Source: Actinomycetota bacterium
GTDB taxonomy: Bacteria; Actinomycetota; CADDZG01; WHSQ01
Assembly: GCA_019348445.1 (NCBI GenBank)
Contig: JAHWJK010000002.1
Coordinates: forward strand, 1-31,377
DNA length: 31,377 nucleotides
Direction: 5' to 3'
Under the pieces are notes generated by a model. It had not been told where the DNA came from. It saw only the letters and a program-made list of their open reading frames with translations, and did no database searches. Positions within the stretch are counted from its first letter, which is position 1, and every line of letters begins with the position of its first letter. This document shows, one piece after another, positions 23,367-30,642 of the stretch. The translations under genes and the position numbers were made by a program.

Positions 23367-24011
23367 ATGAAGCGCGCCGTCGTCGCCTTGTTCGCTGTAG
23401 TTCTCGGAGCCACCGCGCTTCCTGCGGGAGCAGACCCTGGTGTCTACACGGAGGCGGGACAGATGGCGATGGCCGATTGGGTCGTGATGCACAGCCCAAC
23501 TCACGGCACGCTCTACTTCGCCGGCGGGATGCGCTCGGCGTCTTCCGACCGTCCCCCCGGGACGCTCGGAATGGTCGGTTCGGGCGACTGCAGGGTGAAG
23601 CGAGGCAACGGTTGGACGATCGTCATGTGTGAGGGGTCCGGTCGTGCGAAGTATCTCGGCATCGACGAATTCGAGTTCGACCCGGCGATGCGGTCGGCTT
23701 CGTTGTCGATGAAGGCGCGCGGCGTGAAGAACGTCGTCAAATGGCGCGGTCGAGGACGCGTTCCCGGCACCGGAGCTTCTGTTTACGCAGACGACTCGAT
23801 GGTCGGCGTCGACGTCGGTTCGGGGCGCATGGCGTCGGTCAAGGCGCGTGTTCTCGGCGAAGAGATGCCGCGACGCGGCTGGATGAACTTTGCTTTCCTG
23901 GTTGAGGGAGCCGGGGCCTTCGCATGGGAGAACTCCCGCTCGAAAAGGTCCTTCGAGCTCGGGCCCGACGGGACCTACACCTACTCGGTCACGCTCAGGT
24001 TTCGTCGCTAG
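23367..24011 (+). CDS. secreted hypothetical protein (beta-rich)
   Basis: SD GGAGGAGG and Sec signal MKRAVVALFAVVLGATALPAGA|D. No family recognised. Confidence 0.78.
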   Translation: MKRAVVALFAVVLGATALPAGADPGVYTEAGQMAMADWVVMHSPTHGTLYFAGGMRSASSDRPPGTLGMVGSGDCRVKRGNGWTIVMCEGSGRAKYLGIDEFEFDPAMRSASLSMKARGVKNVVKWRGRGRVPGTGASVYADDSMVGVDVGSGRMASVKARVLGEEMPRRGWMNFAFLVEGAGAFAWENSRSKRSFELGPDGTYTYSVTLRFRR

Positions 24012-24976
24012 TCGCGCCGACTCACCGCGTAGATCGCAGAACGAGCGCCTTCACTGGCGCTGATGATCGTCGTACCCGAGACGTCGTATGTGACTGCTTC
24101 GCCTTGTTCGTGGGGGCCGAGGTCGATCGGGATCGGCTCCTGGCCCCAGATGCGGTCGAAGTGAGCGCCGTGTGGAAGCCGCAGTTCGTAGCCGCCTGCG
24201 TAGGTAGAGAAGACGATCCGCTTGCCGTTCGGCGAGAGACTGGCACCGGTCCGGTCCGTCAATAGTCCCTCGATCTTTATCGACGTCACACGTTCCAGTT
24301 CCGCGCGATCTACGAGGGGCGCGCGGGCGACGAAGACGACGGACCTGCTGGAGTAGTCCTTCGTGATGACGTACAGATCTCCGGTGGTGCGGTTGACGAG
24401 GATCGCTTCGGCGTCGTGCGCGCGATCCGGGTAGGTGAAGGTGAAAGCTTCCGAGTTCAGTGTCGGCGTTCGAGAATCCTGCGATGTAGCCACGTGAGGC
24501 TCTGGGACGCGGTAGACGGTGACCGTCGCCCGCGACCGGGCGTTGTCTCCGATGTCCGCGATGTACAGCGCAGGGATCCCTCGTTCGTCGGGAGCGGCTG
24601 CGATGTCTTCCCAGTCCACCGCTTCGGCTCCGTCGACGCGCCAGATACCGCATCCTGCGCCCGATGTCTCGATGCAGTAGACGAACGGGCCATCGCCCGA
24701 GTCGTTATGCGCCCACAACAGCCCGGGGTTCCGCAGTGATGCCGCGAGACCGCTGAGCTCCGTCAAGGCCGGGACCTGGAGTCTCCCGACGATCTTCGGG
24801 TCGTCGTAGGTGCTGTCCGCGGCGGGCGCGCGGCGTGCCTCGTTCCCGACGTCGCCGATCGGCGGGCCGCTATCGAGGACCGCGATGAGCGCGTATCGAC
24901 CCACGACGATCAGCGCGAGCACCGCGAGAATGACGACCCAGCCGGGAGCGGCCGCTTTCGGATGTCCGGTTTTCAT
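24008..24976 (-). CDS. membrane-anchored/secreted beta-propeller protein (ELSG..HNDSG..DWEDI type)
   Basis: N-terminal TM, then ELSGLAAS, WAHNDSGD, DWEDIA, DIGDN, DAEA and QGEAV repeats. Leaderless -10 TAGGGT (24984-24989) lies 7 nt before ATG 24976. Confidence 0.82.
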   Translation of the reverse strand: MKTGHPKAAAPGWVVILAVLALIVVGRYALIAVLDSGPPIGDVGNEARRAPAADSTYDDPKIVGRLQVPALTELSGLAASLRNPGLLWAHNDSGDGPFVYCIETSGAGCGIWRVDGAEAVDWEDIAAAPDERGIPALYIADIGDNARSRATVTVYRVPEPHVATSQDSRTPTLNSEAFTFTYPDRAHDAEAILVNRTTGDLYVITKDYSSRSVVFVARAPLVDRAELERVTSIKIEGLLTDRTGASLSPNGKRIVFSTYAGGYELRLPHGAHFDRIWGQEPIPIDLGPHEQGEAVTYDVSGTTIISASEGARSAIYAVSRRD

Positions 24977-25049
24977 CCACAAAACCCTAGGCCGCGCTCG
25001 ATAGCGCGCAAGGTGATTTTCGTACTCAGTTAGCGCAACAGTGCGAGCG

Positions 25050-25439
25050 CTAGCGACGTCGCGTTACGAATGCGGCGAAGCCGCCGGCAAAAGCTGCGTA
25101 CGAAGCGACGTAGAGACCAGCAGCGACTTGTTCGAGCGAGATGATCGAAGACATCAGGCCGACCGCGTCGGCGACGGCGTACGCGGCGACGCCTGCTGCG
25201 AGGAGGTTCCACGCGCTGCGGCAGGTGGAGCGGCGCAGCCCGGCGACCGCCGCGATGCCGACGCTGGCTCCCATCGGGTTGAGGATCGCTGCTGCGACGT
25301 GCGTTGGAAGAGCAAGGTGGGCGAACAGCGCGACGATGAGGACCCCGCCAAGGGTCGTCCATGGCGTCCCCAGGAGCGGGATCGAGCGGGTGCGGATCGG
25401 CGCCCAGCCGTAGGTCACCGCTGCTAGCGTCCGGCGCAT
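25050..25439 (-). CDS. small four-TM membrane protein, unknown function
   Basis: Strong SD GGAGGGAGGGAG and four hydrophobic segments. Resembles membrane N-termini of actinobacterial sensors/cyclases. Confidence 0.65.
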   Translation of the reverse strand: MRRTLAAVTYGWAPIRTRSIPLLGTPWTTLGGVLIVALFAHLALPTHVAAAILNPMGASVGIAAVAGLRRSTCRSAWNLLAAGVAAYAVADAVGLMSSIISLEQVAAGLYVASYAAFAGGFAAFVTRRR

Positions 25440-25609
25440 CGTCTCCCTCCCTCCTGCTAGTCGGTCTGGTCCAGGGATTCGTCAGCGTTCTTGGTGTCCC
25501 TGCTCTTTAGGAATCGACATCGATGCGACATCGCGATATGGCGAGTCGGTCGTGTTTTTCGATGGCACCGGTGCACGTTTTGTCCGGTTCCCCGGAGGGG
25601 GGTGACTAG

Positions 25610-25987
25610 TCAGTTGTCGCGGGCGACCAGGTCGGCGATCGTCGCCGCGAGCTCCTGGGGAGGAGCGGTCTTTTCGAAGAACCCGTGGGCGCCGGCCTTC
25701 AGCACGTCTGGCGCCATCTCGACGAAGCCGGAGAGCACGATGATCTTCGTTGCCGGAGATGTCTCGAGGATCTGTGGGATCGCCTCCATCCCATCCATCC
25801 CGGGCATCGCGAGATCGAGGACCAGCGCGTCGGGTCGCAGCGACCACGCCATCTGGACGGCTTCCTTGCCGGTCGTCGCCTCACCGACGATCTCGAAGCG
25901 TCCGTCCTTCTCGAGCGAGCGCTTCAACACTGCCCGGATCTGTGGCAGGTCGTCTGCTACGACGACCTTGATCAACGGCGGGACCAC
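25610..25987 (-). CDS. single-domain response regulator (NarL-type receiver without HTH)
   Basis: VVVADD, LVLDLAMP, IVLSG, FEKT. SD GAGAGGGG before GTG 25987. Confidence 0.9.
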   Translation of the reverse strand: MVPPLIKVVVADDLPQIRAVLKRSLEKDGRFEIVGEATTGKEAVQMAWSLRPDALVLDLAMPGMDGMEAIPQILETSPATKIIVLSGFVEMAPDVLKAGAHGFFEKTAPPQELAATIADLVARDN

Positions 25988-26101
25988 CGTGTAACCCCTC
26001 TCGTAACTGTGCCGGACCTTCTTATACAGCGGGCTGGGTCGCGAAAACACCAATGTCGATAAACAACCAACGCTCGTACCTAGCGGCTAGATTCACTCGC
26101 G

Positions 26102-26887
26102 ATGAAAGAAACCACGCCAGAGGTCGAGCTGATCGCTCGCCCGTCCATCGACTATGCCGCTCTCGAGCGCTTCCTGAAAACCCAAGGGGGCGAGAGTTGG
26201 CTGCAGATGCGGACGGAGCAAGATGAGTCGCCGAACCCCGGACAGTTGCTGATAGAGGCGGGCGGCCGCGCTTGCTACCGGTCCTGGGATGTCGGCTTGA
26301 ACCCGAACGTGACCCGCGTGCGCAAGGACCAGGCCGATTACTTCCTGAACCTGCTGCGTTCGGGCCATGGGTCGGTGCTCGAGCACGCGAACTACAGTTT
26401 CGTCCTCTACAACGTCAGCAGGATCGCGACCCACGAGATCGTGAGGCATCGCGCGGGGAGTGCGTTCAGCCAGGAGAGCTTGCGCTTCGTTCGCCTCGAC
26501 GAGATCCCGTTCCGCATCCCTGAGTCGATGGAGCCGTTGCGCGAGGACATCGTGTCGATCGTCGAGACGCTGGAGGCGTTCCAAGTGAAGGCCGCCGAAC
26601 ATTTCAAGCTCGACGACGAGGGTGTCCCGTTCCACTTCAAGAAAGAGATCACGTCCGCGATGCGTCGACTCGCGCCGGAAGGCGTCACCACCGTTTTGTT
26701 CTGGACAGCAAACGTCCGCGCGCTCCGTCACGTCATCCAGATGCGCACCGATCCGGGCGCCGAAGAAGAGATGCGCATCATCTTCGACAAAGTCGGTCGC
26801 ATCATGATCGAAGAGGCGCCGTTGCTGTTCGGCGACTTCGTCGTCGGGGAAGACGGCGCGTGGCGCACCGAGTACAAGAAAGTCTGA
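26102..26887 (+). CDS. thyX: FAD-dependent thymidylate synthase
   Basis: GRACYRS, GHGSVLEH, THEIVRHR..SFSQES-type motif (RHRAGSAFSQESLRF), NVRALRHVIQMR. Confidence 0.96.
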   Translation: MKETTPEVELIARPSIDYAALERFLKTQGGESWLQMRTEQDESPNPGQLLIEAGGRACYRSWDVGLNPNVTRVRKDQADYFLNLLRSGHGSVLEHANYSFVLYNVSRIATHEIVRHRAGSAFSQESLRFVRLDEIPFRIPESMEPLREDIVSIVETLEAFQVKAAEHFKLDDEGVPFHFKKEITSAMRRLAPEGVTTVLFWTANVRALRHVIQMRTDPGAEEEMRIIFDKVGRIMIEEAPLLFGDFVVGEDGAWRTEYKKV

Positions 26888-26905
26888 AGAGGCGACGTCT
26901 CGTCC

Positions 26906-27916
26906 ATGACTTTTACTAGCGCGGCGTCGTTCTTCGACCCACTGTCGTGGACGGTTTATCCGGAGATCCCCATCGGGCCGGGGATCTCCCCGCACGGCAT
27001 AGGCATCGCCGTCGGCTTCCTGCTAGGAGCTCAGTTGATGACACGCCGGGCGCGGCGATTCGGTGGACCACCGGAGACGGATATCTGGAACGCGCTCTTC
27101 TACGCGCTGATAGGCGCGATCGTCGGCGCACGTGCCGGCTACGTCTTCGGCCATTTCTCCGAGGTCACCGACGGAGGCGACGACATCCTCGGGATCTTCA
27201 AGATCTGGGAAGGCGGGATCTCCCTCATCGGCGGGATCACCGGCGCGATCCTCTTCGCTCTGCCGTACGTGCTGCGAAGGCGGATGGGTTTCTGGCAGAC
27301 GATGGACCTGGCCGCGCCCGGTCTCGCGCTCGGCATCGTCATCGGACGCATCGGCGATCTCGTGATCGGAGACCATCTGGGCGAGCCCACGAACTTCGCC
27401 CTCGGTTGGTTGTGCTCCGGGTCGGGCTCCGATCCACCGCTGGACGCAGAGATCTACCTGCAGGCGTTGTCGGAGGGACAGCCCCCGTCGCTGGGGTGCT
27501 ACGACCTCGTGCTGCACCAGACGGCCCTCTACGACCTCCTCTCGACGCTGGTGCTCCTGGGCGTGTTGCTGTTCATCGGGCGCAAAGCCCGCCCGACGGG
27601 ATTACTGATCCTCACCTTCACGATCTGGTACGCCGCGATGAGGGTCATCACGGACTTCCTCCGGGTCGACAAGCGCTACTTCGGACTCACGGGCAGCCAG
27701 CTCATGTCGATAGCAGTCGGGGTCATCTGCCTGTACCTGCTGGCGCGCTACCGCGGCGCCCCCTACCGCTACCGGCGTCCCCCCGAGGGGGGCGGTGACG
27801 GCGCCGGTGACCGGTCACCTCTTCCGCCCGATCCGGGCGACGACGGCGAGAAAGTCGGCGCCGGCGCAAAAACAACTTCCGAATCCGTCACGGAGAGTGA
27901 CGAAAGGCCGATTTGA
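26906..27916 (+). CDS. lgt: prolipoprotein diacylglyceryl transferase, divergent motifs
   Basis: IWEGG.S..GG, DLAAPGLALG..IGRIGD, HQTALYD, Y..MR..TDFLR; multi-TM; Pro/Gly/acidic tail. Confidence 0.88.
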   Translation: MTFTSAASFFDPLSWTVYPEIPIGPGISPHGIGIAVGFLLGAQLMTRRARRFGGPPETDIWNALFYALIGAIVGARAGYVFGHFSEVTDGGDDILGIFKIWEGGISLIGGITGAILFALPYVLRRRMGFWQTMDLAAPGLALGIVIGRIGDLVIGDHLGEPTNFALGWLCSGSGSDPPLDAEIYLQALSEGQPPSLGCYDLVLHQTALYDLLSTLVLLGVLLFIGRKARPTGLLILTFTIWYAAMRVITDFLRVDKRYFGLTGSQLMSIAVGVICLYLLARYRGAPYRYRRPPEGGGDGAGDRSPLPPDPGDDGEKVGAGAKTTSESVTESDERPI

Positions 27917-28054
27917 CGGCCTTGTCGGCTACGGAGAGCAGTCATAAATCCGACGCCGTCGCCCCTCAGGTGGCACGATTTAGCGCAAGAGCTTCACGCC
28001 TAGGCGGGTCACCGGGCCCGTATTCCCAGGCTTCGCAAGGAAGGAGTGGGAGCG

Positions 28055-28210
28055 ATGGCCGACACCTACAACGGCTACTGCGTGAAGTGCCGCGAGAAGC
28101 GGGACTTCGAGGGCGAGGTGAAAGAGCTGGCGAACGGCTCCAAGGCCGCTCAGGGCCAGTGCCCCGTGTGCGGGACGAAGATGACCCGCATGCTGCCGAA
28201 GAACGCCTAG
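28055..28210 (+). CDS. 51-aa DUF5679-like zinc-ribbon microprotein (missed by the ORF track)
   Basis: MADTYNGYCVKCREKRDFEGEVKELANGSKAAQGQCPVCGTKMTRMLPKNA. SD AAGGAG/GGGAG, strong GC3, downstream hairpin. Confidence 0.88.
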   Translation: MADTYNGYCVKCREKRDFEGEVKELANGSKAAQGQCPVCGTKMTRMLPKNA

Positions 28211-28232
28211 CGCAACTCTTCGGGATTTTCTA

Positions 28233-28256
28233 GGGGGCCGCCTCCGGGCGGCCCTC
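28233..28256 (+). terminator. GC-rich hairpin with UCCG tetraloop after the microprotein gene
   Basis: GGGCCGCC-tccg-GGCGGCCC, extendable by G-U and G-C pairs. Weak U-tract. Confidence 0.6.
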
Positions 28257-28277
28257 TGCGCGTGCGACCCGCCTCAC

Positions 28278-28283
28278 TAGACT
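28278..28283 (+). promoter_or_regulatory. -10 TAGACT, leaderless start of the methyltransferase gene
   Basis: 6 nt before ATG 28290, no SD. Confidence 0.5.
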
Positions 28284-28289
28284 CCTGCG

Positions 28290-28988
28290 ATGTTCACGAA
28301 GTCGGCGGCGTTCTACGACGCGATCTATTCGTTCAAGGATTACGCGGCCGAGGCGATCGAGGTTCGGGATCTGATCAGGAAGCGCAACCCTGCGGCGCGG
28401 ACACTCCTCGACGTCGCATGTGGCACCGGCCGACATCTGCAGCATCTCGCCGACGCCTTTGAAGTGGAGGGCGTCGACCTCGACGAGGACCTTCTCGAGA
28501 TCGCTCGCCGCCGGCTCCCCGACGTTCCTCTGCATCACGGCGACATGCGCTCATTCGACCTGGGAAGAACGTTCGATGCCGTCACCTGTCTCTTCAGCAG
28601 CGTCGGCTACGTCCGTAGCGAAGAGGAGCTAGGCACGGCGGTTGCGCGCATGGTGGATCACCTGAATCCTGGTGGGGTCGTGGTTGTCGAGGGGTGGATC
28701 GGCCCCGAAGAGTGGAACCTCGACCACATCGGATCGCTATACGTCGACGAGCCCGGCCTGAAGATCGCGCGCATGAACGTTCCGCAGGTCCGCGGCCGCA
28801 TGTCGATCGTCGACTTCCACTACCTCGTCGGCACCCAAGAAGGGATCTCGCACTTCACCGAATTGCACGAGCTCTACCTGTTCACTCCGGAGGAGTACAC
28901 CGCCGCGATCGAAGCTACCGGTGTGACCGTCGAACGGGACGCCGAGGCCTTGATGGGCCGCGGCGTCTACATCGGCGTCAAAGATTAG
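28290..28988 (+). CDS. class I SAM-dependent methyltransferase, TylM1/DesVI-like
   Basis: A.FYD.IY..KDY..EA, LLDVACGTGRHL, GDMRSFDLGRTFDAVTCLFSSVGY, HL.PGGVVVVE.W. Confidence 0.93.
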   Translation: MFTKSAAFYDAIYSFKDYAAEAIEVRDLIRKRNPAARTLLDVACGTGRHLQHLADAFEVEGVDLDEDLLEIARRRLPDVPLHHGDMRSFDLGRTFDAVTCLFSSVGYVRSEEELGTAVARMVDHLNPGGVVVVEGWIGPEEWNLDHIGSLYVDEPGLKIARMNVPQVRGRMSIVDFHYLVGTQEGISHFTELHELYLFTPEEYTAAIEATGVTVERDAEALMGRGVYIGVKD

Positions 28989-29782
28989 GCGTCGGTTTCT
29001 GTTTGCTCCGTCGCTTGCACTTCGGCCCACGCCGGGCATCTGTTCTGGAACGAACAGCTCATGCAGAACGGCGATGGCCTCGTCCGCCAGTCACCCGTAG
29101 TGATCGAGCGCTTCACCGCGGCTCCGAGCGCGGACATCTGACGCTCAAAGGCGACCAGCATCCGCTCGTGAGGGTTCAGTGTCAGAACCACCGGGTCGGC
29201 GAGATAGACGAGCCGGATCTCCTTGGGGATCACGCCGAACGCCCTCCAGCAAACGAGCGCGTAGAACCTCAAGCCGAAGAACGCCGCGAGCTCACGCGAC
29301 TCACCCGGCACGCGACCGGTCTTGTAGTCGGTCAGAACCCAGGACCCGTCGCGTCGCTCCTCGAGACGGTCGATGATCCCGCGCAGCTGAAGGTCACTCA
29401 GCTCGTATTCGATCCACCATTCGAGACGGCTTGCGTTCAGCGTTCGTGGATCCTCGAGTTTGAAATAGTTCGCCAGCAGGTTCTTGGTCTCGGCGAGCCA
29501 TGCGTCCTCTTCGACGCTGCCCATCCCGTCGGGGCGGAACTCCGGTTCGGACCGAACCTGATCCCACAGGGCGTCGAGGAGCTCGACCGCGCGCTCCGGC
29601 GTCCGCGTCGGAGCGGCCTCGGCGAAGAGGCGCTCGAGGACGGCGTGGATCAGTGAACCGCGCGCCGCAGGGCCGGACACGGGCTCCGGCAAGCGCTCGA
29701 TCGCTCGATATTTGAACAGTTGGGGGCAGCTCTTGAAGTCCGTGACCGACGACGGCGACAGCCGTAGAAGCTCCTGGTCCAT
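28985..29782 (-). CDS. RecB-like PD-(D/E)XK nuclease with a four-Cys (Cas4/AddB-type) Fe-S staple
   Basis: LSPSS...FKSCP, GSLIHAVLE, LRGIIDRLE, LTDYKTG, CMSCSFQNRCP. -10 TAGCTT (29790-29795) lies 7 nt before ATG 29782. Confidence 0.92.
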   Translation of the reverse strand: MDQELLRLSPSSVTDFKSCPQLFKYRAIERLPEPVSGPAARGSLIHAVLERLFAEAAPTRTPERAVELLDALWDQVRSEPEFRPDGMGSVEEDAWLAETKNLLANYFKLEDPRTLNASRLEWWIEYELSDLQLRGIIDRLEERRDGSWVLTDYKTGRVPGESRELAAFFGLRFYALVCWRAFGVIPKEIRLVYLADPVVLTLNPHERMLVAFERQMSALGAAVKRSITTGDWRTRPSPFCMSCSFQNRCPAWAEVQATEQTETDA

Positions 29783-29822
29783 GCCCAGAAAGCTATGTCC
29801 GGGCATGGCCAGAAAGCCGGAT

Positions 29823-30620
29823 TTAGCGCTTGTTCAGGAACTCCGCGAGTGCTCCGTTGAAGGCTTCGGGGGACTCCATATTGGAGATGTGGCCGGCGTC
29901 GGGGATCACGACGAGCTCCGACCCGCCGATGTGCTCGTGCAACTTACGAGCGGCCTCGGGCGGCGTGATGGCGTCGTTCTCGCCGACGATGACGAGAGTC
30001 GGGACGTCGATCTTCGCCAGGCTGTCGGTCGAGTCGATGCGGTTCTTCATCGCTTCGAGAGCGCCTATGAATCCTGCCGCAGGGTTCTCCATGGCAGCCT
30101 GAACCTTCTTCACGACGTCGCCCTTGTTGGCTCGCGTCGATTCCGCGAGAAGCGCGCCGGTCAACGTCTCGATCAGTCCCGCCGTACCGTCCTGCAACAC
30201 CTGCTTCTGCTGGTTCGAACGCTTCTCTTTCCCCTCCGGCGGATCTGCTTCGGCGCGCGTGTCGGCGAGCACCAGAGCCGCAACGCCGTCCGCGTACCTC
30301 CTCATGTAGGCGAGGGCGATGTAGCCGCCCATCGACAGGCCGGCAAGTACGAAGCGATCGAAGCCGACCTCGTCGACCAGCGCCTTCACCTCGTCGGCAT
30401 AAGACTCCATCGAGTAAGCCTGCTCGCCCTCGGGCGCGTCGGAGTCCCCGAATCCTTTGAGGTCGGGCACGATGAACCGGAATTTGTCTCCAAGCGATTC
30501 GATCTGCGGTTCCCACATCGCCGAGTTGAACGGGAACGCGTGGAGCAGAAGCACCGGCATTCCGGAGCCGCCGGTATCGGTGTAGTTCAACTTGACCCCG
30601 CTCGCGTTGGCAGTAGGCAT
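29823..30620 (-). CDS. alpha/beta hydrolase (PcaD/AB_hydrolase_1-like)
   Basis: LLHAFP, PDLKGFGDS, GLSMGG, VGENDAI, AGHISN. SD AGGAGGG. Confidence 0.94.
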   Translation of the reverse strand: MPTANASGVKLNYTDTGGSGMPVLLLHAFPFNSAMWEPQIESLGDKFRFIVPDLKGFGDSDAPEGEQAYSMESYADEVKALVDEVGFDRFVLAGLSMGGYIALAYMRRYADGVAALVLADTRAEADPPEGKEKRSNQQKQVLQDGTAGLIETLTGALLAESTRANKGDVVKKVQAAMENPAAGFIGALEAMKNRIDSTDSLAKIDVPTLVIVGENDAITPPEAARKLHEHIGGSELVVIPDAGHISNMESPEAFNGALAEFLNKR

Positions 30621-30642
30621 TCGCCCTCCTTGTCGTAGATGA

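Noticed and set aside
25440-25609. Possible c-di-GMP (GEMM) or c-di-AMP riboswitch before the four-TM gene; short GACATCG tandem
   Set aside because: GGCAAAC..GAAA..GGGACGCAAAGC and GGGGAACC..GGGGUGAA consensus words are absent. The repeat is only 7 bp, twice.
28985-29782. Cas4 as evidence of a CRISPR-Cas or other defence locus
   Set aside because: No repeats, spacers, cas1/cas2 or other defence genes were seen, and the neighbours are housekeeping.
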